DNA from: Eledone cirrhosa
Lineage: Eukaryota
NCBI GenBank assembly: GCA_964016885.1
Contig: OZ024764.1
Span: 23,436,001 to 23,500,000 of the forward strand
Reading direction: 5' to 3'
DNA: 64,000 nt
Below are positions 12,257 through 25,103 of the stretch, piece after piece; positions within the stretch are counted from its first letter, which is position 1; the number at the start of each line of letters is the position of its first letter. A program made the position numbers and the translations under genes. The notes under the pieces are model-generated. The model saw nothing but the letters and a program-made list of their open reading frames with translations, searched no databases and was not told the origin of the DNA.

Positions 12257-12620
12257 AATATCACATGACCTTGACAGAAAAGAGTCTTTTAAAGACAGCA
12301 GAAAGATGTTACATTCAAGTGATATAAACTTATTTAGTCTGTGGTGAAATATTTCTTCTGAATTGAGATAAATAACAACGTTTTCCTTTTTCACTGTCTG
12401 GAATATTTACAAGATGATTTTACGTTCTGATTAAACTTTGGATATTTACAAAGGAGTTTTCAAAATATTTGGATATTGACAAAGATCACATTTGATAAAA
12501 TTATGAACAATAGAAATATTTACATCAACATAGGAATATTTTCCAGAAGAGATGGGAAAATCATTATACCACTGTAATATTTGTGGTAAAATATTCTCTC
12601 TTCTTCATATGTAGAACATC
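12257..12620 (+). pseudogene. Relic ZNF exon (acceptor, decayed leader and half finger)
   Basis: The acceptor context resembles that of the main exon. It encodes EEMGKSLYHCNICGKIFS at ~12547-12600 and resembles 26560-26700. Confidence 0.65.
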
Positions 12621-12742
12621 TAACTAAACACTTTAACTAACAAACTATTGTGCTATAGAATTGACAAACTTGAGGTATGTTTAATAAATGTCACAGATTT
12701 CTCCAAACTGTCGTTTACTAACTTTAATTTGAAGCTATGTTA

Positions 12743-12962
12743 TCTATATACTACTAAAACTCTGTGATTGTGTCTTGTCTGTAATTTAATACATCTAAAA
12801 CAGTGCATAATGGGGAAATACTTTGAAAAGAATAAAACAAGTTTTGTATAAAATGGAGCACAGGTTCCCAAGATACGGGATTTCTGGGTACCTTGATAAC
12901 TATAGGGAGAGAAAGAGATAGTGGTTGTGAGAGAGAGGGAGCTGGTGGTGTTGTTTAATAAA

Positions 12963-13010
<48 letters not shown>

Positions 13011-13094
13011 GTATGTGTATATTTTAACTATTTTAATATGACTTTAAAAAATAGTTTTAAGGCAACGTGACCCAACAGGTCCCGGGTGGTCTAG
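12743..13094 (+). mobile_element. Non-autonomous Helitron-like element
   Basis: A|TCTATATACTACTAAAAC 5' end, subterminal ACCC...GGGT hairpin, CTAG|T 3' end, no TSD, internal (TA)n. Confidence 0.75.
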
Positions 13095-13499
13095 TTTGTT
13101 ACTAAATACTAGATATTAGAGGGTCATGTTCTAGATGTGCTGGAAGAGCCATTCCATCTTGTGAGGCTCACACCAGCAGCTAGCCACCTCAGCACCTATG
13201 GTGGTATATTTATTATATTATTTATTCTTTATCATTAACATTAATATAAAAGATAATTATATATTTTTAGAGAAGAACCTCTAATTTCATATAGCTTAGG
13301 GCTTCAGTAGGTAAAAGTCTGGCCCTGCTTGTCTTGTATTTTTTAGGGGAGAAGTTAGGAAATACGGTTATTGTGTGAAAGTTTTCTAAATCTTCTTCAG
13401 CCACTAACATGGAGAAGATATTTCAGTAAAAAGGTTCACATCCTGACATCTATAGCTGTTAACAATGAGATTGGAATTCGTTATTAAACAAATGTTATA

Positions 13500-13695
13500 T
13501 CATCATCACTGTTTTACATCAGTTTTTCCACGCTGGCATGGGTTAGACGAGTTATCCTGTTGTAAGCAATGCCAGGTCAGGTGACCACGTGTTGCTCCTA
13601 CAAAACCAATTTTGGTTTGGTTTCTACAGCTGGATGCCCTTCCTAGCACCAAACTTATTTACATTGAGTACTGGGTGCTTTTTACTATCTCACCA
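13500..13695 (-). mobile_element. RTE 3'UTR remnant
   Basis: Diverged reverse complement of 5500-5688, including the (CAT)n tail. Confidence 0.7.
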
Positions 13696-14010
13696 ACTCG
13701 ACCACTTCACAGTGTGGGCTGGGTACTTTTTTACTTTCTGTCATGACACCTACAGTACCACTTTACAGTGAGTACTGGGTACTTTTTATCGTGACACCTA
13801 CAGTACCACTTTACAGGGTGGACTGGGTACTTTTTTCCATGATACCAATGTGACCACTTTACAGTGTGGATTGGGTACTTTTTGTCGTGACACCTACATG
13901 ACCACTTTACAATGAGTACTGGGTACTTTTTGTTGTGACACCTACATGACCACTTTACAGTGTGGATTGGGTACTTTTTGTTGTGACACCTACACAACCT
14001 CTTTACAGTG
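13695..14010 (+). repeat. 48-bp minisatellite (~6-7 copies)
   Basis: Variants of ATGACCACTTTACAGTGTGGACTGGGTGCTTTTTGTTGTGACACCTAC. Confidence 0.9.
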
Positions 14011-14092
14011 TTGGCAGTGAAATCTAATGCACCAGCTTCAGTAATCAGAAGATACATATACACACACACAAACAGAAATATATATATATATT

Positions 14093-15840
14093 CAGTGGTA
14101 CCTTGACTTACAAGTGTCCCAACTAATAAGTTTTTCGAGATACGAGTCCTCTTTCGGCTGATTTTTTGCGTTGAGTTCCAGAGTAAAATTCGGGTTACGA
14201 GTCAGCTTCAGATGCCCCACCACGAGTTGCCATAGTGACCGCCACAGGCAATACCGCAAGAGATACCGTGATGAAGATTATAATATGTGAGAAGGCACGA
14301 GCTATTTACGCTGATTTGCTGCAGCAGACCCCAGGTACTTCTACAGAGGAAGCATCGGCAAGCCCTTTAATGCCAGTCGGGGTTGGTTTGAGAATTTTAA
14401 AAAGAGGACCGGCATTCACTCCGTTGTCAGGCATGGTGAGGCAGCGAGCGCGGATATGAAGGCAGCTGAGGATTACCTCAAAACCTTTGCCGGAATTATA
14501 GCAGCCGAAGGATACATCCCTCAGCAAGTCTTTAGCTGTGATGAAACAGGACTTTTTTGGAAGAAGATGCCAAGGAGGACTTATATAATGGCAGAGGAGA
14601 AGAGGATGCCTGGCCACAAACCCATGAAGGATAGGCTAACCCCTGCACTGTGTGCCACTGAGAGGCGAGTGTAAGATTAAGCCGCTGCTCGTTTATCATT
14701 CGGAAAACTTTAAGTCACATAAGATTCTGAAAGAAAAACTGCAGGTTATGTGGAGGGCAAACCCGAGGTCATGGGTCACCAGATAGTTCTTTGTGGAGTG
14801 GGTGAATTTGGTCTTTGGTCCTGACGTTAAAAAATATCTCCAGGAAAATAACCTACCCCTGTAAACCCTTCTTATCCTACATAATGCACCTGCTCATCCA
14901 CCCAACCTCGAAGAGTTCAAGTTTATAAAGGTTCTCTACCTTCCACCAAACACCACCCCTATCCTACAGACCAAGGACCAGCAGGTACTTTCTAATTTCA
15001 AGAAGCTCTTCACCAAGCACCTGTTCAGTCGCTGCTTTGAAGTGACGGAGAGCCCAAACTTCACCCTTGAGAGGTCTGGAAGGACCATTATAACATCGTG
15101 ATATGCCTCAGAATTATCGATATGACCTGGCAGGGTCTTACAAAGAGGACCTTGACCTCTACATGGAAGAAGCTGTGGCCTGAGGTTGTGTCTAAAACAG
15201 ACTTTGAAAGACTGGAACCCGAAGCGGCAGTGGTGGAGGAGATTGTAACCCTCGGTAACTCCATGGGCCTGGACATGGATGAAGGTGACATCAACGAGCT
15301 CATCGAGGAGCACCCCGAGGAACTGACAACGAAGGAATTAAAGGAGCTACAGACACAGCAACACACGGAGTTTTTGCAGGAAATAGGTGACACAGAGGAG
15401 GTTATCTCAACAAGTGAGATGAAACAAACCTTATTAGACAGGTTCTTATCGAAAATCCCTGCAGATAAAAATGAGGAAAGCGTGACGAAAAGGGCAAAAA
15501 TCAGCGAATAAGATTCAGTTATTCAGTTCATCCTTTCTCCTCCGTCAACATCCTCAAGTCGTCTGATCTCCAAGATAGATGCTGTACATTATACTTAATA
15601 AAACCAGTTTATTGTAGTACATTCTATTGTATTGTTTTTTATATACAATATTTGTTATTTATAAGTACATTTTTCTTATTTAAAAACGCGTAACAAAACA
15701 AACTGCGGTTTTTGGGGATCTGGAACGGATTAATGGCTTTTTATTTTATTTCAGTGGGGAAAATTGATTTGACATACAAGTAATTTAAGTTACGAGGTCC
15801 TCCACGGAACAAATTAAACTCGTAAGTCAAGGTACCACAG
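14093..15840 (+). mobile_element. Tigger/pogo-like transposon copy with ~310-bp internal deletion
   Basis: Both TIRs present with the same flanks as 33-2109; the HTH-coding segment is missing (junction ~14255). Confidence 0.9.
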
Positions 15841-15854
15841 TGTATATATATATA

Positions 15855-16031
15855 TGAAGGAACGATCGACTTTCGTCAAATCGGACCGAGGAAGCAATGT
15901 TTCCATTGGTCTTTCCAAATGCTAGTACTAACGGTCGCAACTCCAGGTAGAAGGAACAACGTGATATAAAGTCTCTTGCTCAAGGACATAACGCATCGCC
16001 TGGTCCAAGAAGCGAACTCACAACCTCAAGA
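15855..16031 (-). mobile_element. CORE-like SINE (paralog of 2138-2312)
   Basis: High identity to the unit A copy. Confidence 0.7.
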
Positions 16032-17104
16032 TATATATATATAGTTAAATATTAGACAGGAACAAAAAACAGAGGCAGTGCAAATGGTAGTTTATACCGA
16101 GAGAGAGACAGACAAACACATCTAAACCCCTACTACTGTCAAACATAAAACATATGTAAGGGGAGACAACTCTTGTTACATCCACTGTTGTTTGTGATAT
16201 ACGTTCTTTAGATACTTTGTACAATGGAATCTACTTTATTTTGTGTCCTAAGTAGATTTCTGTTTAAGTATTTACGAGATTCACAATGATTCACGTAACC
16301 AAGTTACTTACATAGAGATATATTTCACATAGAATCACAACAAATGAAAATATTAAGTCAACACTCTGTCAATCAGTCTCACATCACATGGGGTGCCGGA
16401 ATCTCCCTCTAATACTTTCTAAGACAGTCTTACCTCGAGTGATAGCATGGCTAAGATGTTGGAACTACCAAACACCCTCATATGTATCACCTGACACCTC
16501 GGTAAGGAGAGCTGCCAACGATAACAAGAACCTCGTTGTCAGGGACCTATCTCCTCCAAACTTCTCCAACACCCCAGACTAGAATATTCTACTCTTTATT
16601 CCCTATCAAATATATTTCAGTCTAGTCATTTGTCTTGTATCTGGTATATATATTTTCAAAACTAACTGTCACATTTGTAAGACCCCAGTTAGTGATGTTT
16701 TCGTCTCCCTCCCACATCCTACATGCTGTAGTAAAAGTGAGGGTCACTGCTTCTGTAGACGAACGAAATAAAAGTTAAACTACCAGTAATTATCGGCAAA
16801 GTATTTATTCCAGTCTGTGATGTTTGAGAAGCTGGGCTGCTGACAACGAAGTTGTGGTCACTGTTGGCGGCTGGCTTTACCGAAGGACCCGATGACTCTT
16901 GTGAGGGTACTTAGCTGTTCTGGCAACTTAGCCCCCATATGACCCCATCTTACCGAGATACCCGGTGATTTCTGTAAGAGTACTTAGCTGTCCTATTTTA
17001 ATTTCATCACCAACACCTTACTTTCTCTATTTTAATTACATTTACTGTTTTCAACGTTATTTTTTTTTATTACAAACTTTACATAATTTAATTCGGTAAA
17101 AATA

Positions 17105-17234
17105 TTTTTACGTCACAACAAAACATTGAAGCATGCGCAGTGGTGCAGTTGTCGACTTCCTGTCCACGTGTCAGTCTTCCTACAACAACATTTAGACAAC
17201 ATTTCTGTAAATACTAAACACCTGAGACTATAAT
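17105..17234 (+). promoter_or_regulatory. Putative promoter and exon 1, unit B (donor 17235; acceptor ending 26012)
   Basis: GCATGCGCA, ACTTCCTG, CACGTG and GTAAGT conserved. Confidence 0.55.
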
Positions 17235-18199
17235 GTAAGTATTATGTCTATTAATGTTCTAGATTTAAGCTCACTCTTCACATCACAAATATATATTTTC
17301 TTTGTTTCATTACTGGAAATATAAAATGTTATCGTAATTATCTATATTTTACCTACCTCTAATTAATTAAGGTGAAAACTTTTGTTGTTGCTGAAAAATA
17401 AATTAACAAAACTAAATATTTAAATATTCTAAAGGTCGTTTTTATATTATGTGATGATATAATTAATATATTTTATTACAATTGTATAAATTTACAGTAG
17501 AATAACGTTGTAAATATGTTTTAAATATATACATAAATAACATAAGTGTGTAAATAACATTATAAATTGCTGGCAATTCCTTGAGAAAGACATTACAAAT
17601 ATATTGTCTAAACTGTGTATAATAATATAATTTATTGAACAATAATGATAAAGGAAAGAAAAACACAGTGGGAGATGGCAATTGACCACCAAACGAGGTA
17701 AACATTTTCAACTTTCCCCTTTTTTTGCTTTGTCCGAGACAACTCAAAATATTCTTCAAGGAACTGGATTTTCCATTCGGTTGGATCGAACGGATTTTAC
17801 CATTTATAATCTACGGAGAGGAATAACAGATGTTCGGAGGAAAAAAGAATTGTTTGTGGCAACAACGTAGGGAACCAACCTGGAGCAATTGTATCACACA
17901 ATTATACTTTCCTCCTTAACATACACTTACAATTTTTCAAAATCAAACCCCCAAATATAAAATATAAATAATTATAAATGGCGAGGAACCATCCCATCTC
18001 CCTCTTGAAATAACCTGAATCTATTTATAGTCAGGTGTGACTGAAAGGTCAATCCATACTTCCATTCTATTTCACAGAATTAGAAGCTTTGACCACTTGA
18101 TAGAATTCAGGTCCAGTAATGTAATCACTCCGTAATTGTAAACATCTTGTATCACTATCATTCAGGTTTTGATTTTACTTAAGTCTTGCCCATGTTTTT

Positions 18200-21100
18200 T
18201 TTTTTTTTTCTTTTTTACACAAACTCACAATTTCGGTTTTTACTGCGGATTTACCCATGCGAACTATTACACAAACTCACAGCCTTAGATTTTGTATTTC
18301 TAGCGTTTTTATTTCCCTTCTCTTTGCATGTTCAGTGCTCTTTCTCTCCCACTGTATTTACCTGCCTCTCACATGACCACACTCCTCTCCAAGCACTCAT
18401 CATCTTCTCACTCCTTCTACACCTTCCATCCCTCCCCTTGCTCAACCCTTACTTCCTCCTCGCGCACAGCCCACCTAGGTATTCGTTCAACCCGCTGGTG
18501 GCCCGATGTTTCGACCGAACTATCACCGGCGATTGCCGATTGCTAAAGTTGCCACCACTTTAACCTAGTCCACTCTAGGTGGGGGTGGCATGCGTCGAAC
18601 GACCAAGAGACCTGCTTGGTGGAACGACTATGTGACAACCGGTCAGCCTTCGACCTCTCATTCTCCACCAACTGCAGCACGCACGAGAGGAGCTAACTTG
18701 ACCCCACCTACCCCTCTTCTCCTTCACGGCAGATTCCGAACGAATCCAACCCGGCCAACCACACCACCCCTACAACTGTTACCTCACCACCCAACCTCCG
18801 CTTTAGTCCCACCGTTAGAACCACTGTTTTCTCCTTTACAGACTCACTCCCTTCAGCGAATTCCAACGCTGGCCCTCTAATGCCGGCTGTTGCCAGCCCG
18901 CCACCTGATTGCGCCCTCTGTGCCCGCACTAACCAGTACTTAAAGACAATTAAGTCACCTATGCCACGCAAGCTACCACAGAAGCTGTGTCGGCATCACC
19001 AAAGCTCAAGCAAAAAGGCTTCAACACTGGACCTGTCATCGGTGCCACTTCAGCTCTGACTATTCCGTGGGGATGACCAACACTCTACCGACGACTTTGC
19101 CACAGTCCCCCCCAGGGCTTCACCAAATCAAAGCTCGTTAACCGGACCCTTAAGGGAGCTTGGAACAGCTTTGCAGGTGCCCTCTCTAATTTACTGAAAA
19201 ACGTTTGCTCATCCAACAATAGACTGGCAGAAATTGTTTTTGTCTCCCCTCATCTCTCTTCACGTGCACAATGCGAACTCGGGTTCCCTCAAGTCCTCTC
19301 TCAAGCGGCAGTTCCAGCTGTTTGAGTCCACCCCAACCACGTCTCATCTCAGTTCGTCTCTGAGCTCGGTGTCCACCAACAGACAACCGGTAGACCTCAA
19401 GCGAGCCGTCAATGCCAAATTCAGCGAATTTGACATTAAAGGGGCTGTCCTCCCTTGCTCCATGCAACTCTGACTCTCGTGAGCGTCTGAAAGAGAAGCA
19501 CCCCCAGATGATCAGCAACACTGGCCCGAACCACCAGAATACTTGAGACCGGTTTACACCACCAATATCATCAGAAAGGCGATCTCATCCTTCCCCGCTG
19601 GGTCAGGCGCGGGAATTGACGTCCTTCGTCCTCAACATCTCAAGGATGGTATCTCTTTATCGGCCGGTGATGCCGGACTCGAGCTCTTGGAGAGTCTGAC
19701 TCAGTTTGTGAATCAGTGAACGTTCTCCCGTTCATCCGCCCACTGTTCTTCGGTGCGAAGCTATTTGGTCTCACCAAGCCCAACGGGGACCTGCGCCGCA
19801 TTGCGGTTGGCTGCACACCTCGCCGCCTCAGTGCAAAGGCGTGATTGCTGTTGGTCTCCGACCCACTGGTGGAGGAATTTTCCCCCATCCAGCTGTGGGT
19901 GGGTACCAGGTTGGGATGTGTGGCTGCTGTCCACGCTGCCAGAACATTTGCCAACTTGCCCTCCTCATCCCCCAAGGTCATCCTCAAACTTGATCTCAGG
20001 AATGCCTTCAACTCCGTCAGCCGTAACATCGTCCTCGGCTCAGTAAGAGAGAGGGTCCCACAACTCTACCACTTTGCTTGGCAGGCTTATCGGGAACCCT
20101 CCTACCTCTCTTTCAGTAACCAGATCATCACCTCTGCCTCAGGAGTCCAACAGGGTGACCCACTCGGGACTCCCCCCCGCACTGGACATTGATGACGTCA
20201 CCAAGATGGGGGTTGAGTTGGACCTCAATGTCTGGTAGCTCGACGACGCCTGTTTGGGGGGAACTCCGGATATGGTTCTCGCCACTGCCAACAGGATGGT
20301 GGAGGAGCTTGGCGCCGGGGACTCCAGATCAATAGCTCCAAATGTGAGCTCTGGATCCTCAACCACCCGGCTTCTTAACACCAACAGCTGATCGACCTGT
20401 TCGCAGAGTCCTTCCCTTCCATCACGGTCCCTCCTCCGTCAGCTTGGTGCTCCTTAGGAGCCCCGATCATAGACCTGGCCTTCGAGTCAACCATCCAATC
20501 GAAGATGGTTGGCCTTGAGCAGCTGCTGAGGAATATTGAAGATATCGAACCCCATCAAGGTTTCTTCTTACTCAGGAACTACCTGTCTATTCCTAAGCTT
20601 CTGTATCTGCTCAGGGTCAGCCCCTCTCACAGATTTCCATCCTGCCTCGAACACTTCGACGACCTAATCTTCGAGAGACTCGAGTGTCTGGTCAATGTTA
20701 GTAAGTGTTCGTCCCTCTCTCTCCCCTGCTTCCTTTCCTCCACCCAAGCTTGCAGCATCCTCTCCTCTCCAACATGGACTAGTTCCAACAGGGAGTTGTG
20801 TGAAGCTCTCCAGCAATGGAGTGAGTTGGGCGTGTCTCTTCCTGAGAAGGTGGAGGACAGTCGAAGTCAGTAGAACTTGGGACGGGATACGTTGGAATGC
20901 CACCTTTGACTCCCTCTTCGTCCTCTCAGATCAGTCTGCAAGGTGCCGCTTACCATCTGCCAGCGCCAAATACTCCGGTGACTGGGTCGATGCCTTACCC
21001 GTGGCCAACGTTGGAGACCTACTCAGCCTGGATGAACTTCGTGTCTCCATCACCCTCAGAGTGGGAGCTGACTTCTGCATGGGTTTGAGATGTGGCTAAC

Positions 21101-21960
21101 TCCTCGACTCCACAGGCCCCCACGGTCTTTCTTGCCGCCTGAATGCCGGCCACTTTGCCCGTCACACGGAGCTAAACTTTATTCTGAAGAGAGCTTTGGC
21201 CTGGGCAAACATCCCTCAGTCTTGGAACCATCTGGGTTGTCCAGAAGTGACGGCAAAAGACCTGACGGCCTTACCCTGTGCCCCTGGTCGAGAGGCAGGT
21301 GCCTAATCTGGGACGTCACTGTTAGTGACTCCTTTGCTCTTTCCCACATCCTTGATGCTGCGGTAAGGACGAGAGCCACAGCTTCGGCAGCCGAGCGGAG
21401 TAAGACCCTCAAATACTCTGATCTGTCGGCCAGCTACATTTTTCAGCCTGTGGCTTTCGAGACGTTTGGGGGAGTCGGGCCGCTGACTGCGAGGTTCCTT
21501 TCCTCACTGGCGGCTCGCCTTATAGAGGTAACTGGCGAAATCGCGAGGGCGCTTGGCTGTTGCAGCACCTCAGCCTCGCCATCACCCGATGTAACACTGC
21601 CAGTGTGCTGGCTTGCCTCAAAACTCATTAGAGAGGTTTCCCAGTACCCCTCGTTGCTGTCTTTTGCTCTGGTGTTGGCTCCGTTGTCCACCCCTTCCTT
21701 TACATTTTCTTTAATATTGCAACATTGAAGGAATTTATCTTTCATTGTATCATCCTTTATAGTGTTACCGAGGCATTTGTAATGTTATTTATATATTTAA
21801 AACATATTTGTTATGTTATTCTACTGTAAATTTATTTATATGCTCTGTTTATGTTTTCATTCTGAAGGAACTTATCCACTTGTGTTGATATAAGTGATTC
21901 TATGACATTCCTCTAAGCATTGTGTCATTATATATGTTATTATAAACGTGAATAAATTGA
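18200..21960 (+). mobile_element. CRE-clade non-LTR retrotransposon (RT plus restriction-like endonuclease), decayed, near full length
   Basis: LKLDLRNAFNSVSR, SGVQQGDPLG, W*LDD, a knuckle-like CG...HGLSC...RHTEL, and RLE motifs EPSGLSRSDGKRPDGLT..W..WDVT and PVAFETFG. AT-rich 3'UTR. The 5' boundary is approximate. Confidence 0.85.
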
Positions 21961-22055
21961 ATTTATAGTGTGATAATAGGCCACACCTCACACCCTAGGG
22001 GTTAACTACACACTTTGAGGCAAGCCAACACACTGGCAGCATTACAACGGGTGAT

Positions 22056-22217
22056 GGTGAGGCTAAGGTGCTGAAATAACCAGGTACCCTCACGGGTATC
22101 ACCTGACGCCTCTGTAAGGTGAGGCTAAGGTGCTGAGATAACCAGGTACTCTTACGGATATCACCTGACACCTCAGTAAGGTGAGGCTACGGTGCTGAAA
22201 TAACCAGGTACCCTCAC
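22056..22217 (+). repeat. 62-bp minisatellite (~2.6 copies)
   Basis: Same unit as at 4350. Confidence 0.85.
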
Positions 22218-22577
22218 GGAAACGACTAGATTTGTAGAAAAAGTAGGGTGAAAGTATACAAAGAGATGTAGTTTCACAGATCTACTCACACCTCACGTTG
22301 GGTGGGAATAATTATTTTTCTTAGAATTCTTGCTATACCCCTTTTCCAGTATTTTTTCTCTGGACCCCTTAGATACTTGCGATAGACGTTTTATTTCCCA
22401 GTATTAAGATTAGGGTTTCCGTTTTCAGGAAGAAAAGTCGATTGCAAACATCTAAGAGGTCGAGCAATGAAATTAAGGAAAGATAATTATTTCCCAGCCA
22501 ACTGGAGAAATGTGTAGCTCTTCTAAACTCCGATAATCCTGTCTCCCACTTCTTTATCTACAAATCTAGTCGTTTCC
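22218..22577. mobile_element. MITE-like element (paralog of 4574-4915)
   Basis: Same 21-bp TIRs. Confidence 0.75.
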
Positions 22578-22585
22578 TGCTACTT

Positions 22586-23220
22586 TGTTCCCTGGGGTAT
22601 GCCTTAGTATTTGAAACCATCTATCTGTCTTACTCCCTAACTAGAAAGAAGTCAATCTGTCTCATGTGCTCACCTGATTGGTAGGTTATTAGGTGGTTGG
22701 TAGGTTTCTTGAAGTGTTGCAAATGGTTAGTTCACTTGCATCACAAAATACAAGAAGCCTCACTTCTTCTTCATTTCTTGAGCCATAACCATGACCACCA
22801 TGTACCCCAGTGTATCCATCCTGGAGCTGTCCAACATGACCATTGAAGTCCCCTTCTATTATAACTAGGTCTCTGTCATTGTGGTTATCTCTACTTATTC
22901 CTTTTCTACATATGGAGCAGGGCCACTTTCCTGAAGGTGTCAGGGTCTTCTCTCCTATCCATTAGCACTTTAGTTTTGGCTAAGTATATTCTCAGAACTT
23001 ACCATTTCAAATTCTATATCTATAGTTGGTCATCTACATAGAGAAGTTTCCATAGACAGCCAGTCTTAAACCTCTCTGTTATGGCTTGGAGAACTATGAT
23101 GAACAACAGTGGGCTAAGAACTAAACCATGATGAACTCCTACCTGTACCTTCAATTCTTCACTAGACACACTTTACTGACAGCTTCTCACAAGCCATTCT
23201 TCTACACCTAATTCCTTAAC
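22586..23220 (-). mobile_element. RTE LINE fragments
   Basis: Homologous to 8810-8960 and 40860-41135, followed by a diverged RT fragment (LLYVDD). Confidence 0.65.
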
Positions 23221-23293
23221 CCTTTAGTATATAAACTGGCCATATCTGGCCAGAATTGTCTCATATCTTTCTGTTCAAACTGGCCGTAATTAA

Positions 23294-24965
23294 ATAATAA
23301 TAATAATAATGAAATTATTGTGTACAGTGCTCAGGTGCATGTATAGTACATAGAATAATGTACAAATGTCAGGAAAATGAACAGTGCATGAGTCATGATA
23401 TAATAACAATAATGAAATATTGTGTACAGTGCCCAGGTGCACCACAACTCATCAAAAAAGTGCATGTACAGTACATAGGGCAATGCACAAACATCAGTAA
23501 AATGAACAGTGCACGAGTCATGATACACATGTGTGCATGTGTATGGAAGGGGTACATCAGGTGTAGTTTTGGCGTATTTCGGGAAGCTTGAGTGTCTTAA
23601 AGGATGCAGTGTCTCGGCAGCTAACAACTGACGCAGGCAGTTTGTTCCCTACTTCAGCAACTCTGAGCGTGATGGAGGGTATGTGCTTGGTTGCACGTCT
23701 CTGAACAATTTCCAGGAGGTCAATGTTCTGAGCAAGATAGGGGTTCCAGACTGATGATGCGAATTCCAAGTGTGGTCGAACCATAGCTGTATTCAGTTTT
23801 AAATAGATGGCTGGAGAGCGGCTAACAAAGGTCTTGCTGAGTGATGCCAAGACACCCTCGGCCTTCTTGACAATCTTAGAGACATGCTTTGTCCAACGCA
23901 AATCGTTGCTGACAGTAATGCCCAGGTCACGTTCACAAGAGGACTTTTTGATATCAGTGTTGTGGAGGGAGTATGTGGACGCTGGATTTTTCCTTCCAAA
24001 ATGCATGGTGGTACACTTATCCACAGCCAGCTTCAGTTGCCAGTCTGTGATCCATTGCTGCATTGTGTCCAGGTCTGATTGTAGGAAAGAGTTGTAAATT
24101 TCAGGATCAGTCCTTTTGATTTCAGGGTACAGCTTGATGTCATCTGCATATTTCAGTACCATGGCATTCTGTAAGTTGGCATCTATGTCATTAATATATG
24201 CCACAAACAAAAGAGGACCAAGAACAGATCCCTGTGGTAGACCAGATGACATCTCATATGGTGAAGAATGCTGTCCTAGAACCGTGACTACTTCCTTTCG
24301 GCTGAGAATGAAGGATTTCAACCAGTCGAAAAGATCATCCCTCACACCCATTGCAGAGAGTTTTGCCATAAGTCTTTTGTGTGGCACAGAATTAAAAGCC
24401 TTAGCAAAGTCAAGGTAAACAACATCCACCCATGAGCCGCTGTCAGTGATCCGGGTGATGTCCTCAAGGAACTCGATAAGCTGATCACAGCAGCTGGAGT
24501 TAGGGATAAATCCAAACTGTGAGGGCCGGATGAGGCAGTGAGAGCTCCAGAAGTTCCAAAGTGTTTCTCTGACACAGGATTCCATCAGTTTGGCCATACA
24601 GCTAGTAAGACTGACTGGACGATAGTTGACAGGTGACATGCGGTTGCTCTTTTTGAACAGGGGAATGACACTGGCAGTTTTCCACTGCTCCGGAGTAGCA
24701 CCATTGTTGAGACAGTATTGAAAGAAGAAAGAAAGCTGGCGCAAAAGGAAATACCCACCACATTTGAGAAGCAGGTATGTCACACCATCAAGACCAGGGG
24801 GGGCATAGTTGCGCTTATTCTTAAGGTGACGTCGCAACATTCCAGGTGTAAATTCCATAGTTGTTATGGAATTTGATGTTAGAGATGGTGGAGATGGTAC
24901 ATTCTGGTTTTCAACAGTAAAAATACTTGCATAGCACTCAGCAACGAGTTCTGCGCATTCCTTGA
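23294..24965 (-). mobile_element. CR1-like LINE, 5' truncated, RT ORF 23557-24858
   Basis: NYRPVSLTS, QFGF, YLDFAKAFNSVPH, SGLPQGSVLGPLLF, YADD and VRPHLEF motifs; (ATT)n tail. Confidence 0.9.
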
Positions 24966-25103
24966 TTGGTCACTTATACTTATGTTAAGGTATTGTTCTC
25001 AAAATAAATAACATGAAAATCTCATAGATTTGATATTATGTGAGATAAAGCATTTACTGTGAAAATATAATAGTAAATATTGAGTAATGTGAATACTAAA
25101 GGG

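Noticed and set aside
17692-18195. AT-rich segment present only in CRE-bearing units
   Set aside because: No recognisable motif in any frame, and I could not tell whether it is element 5' sequence or a separate insertion.
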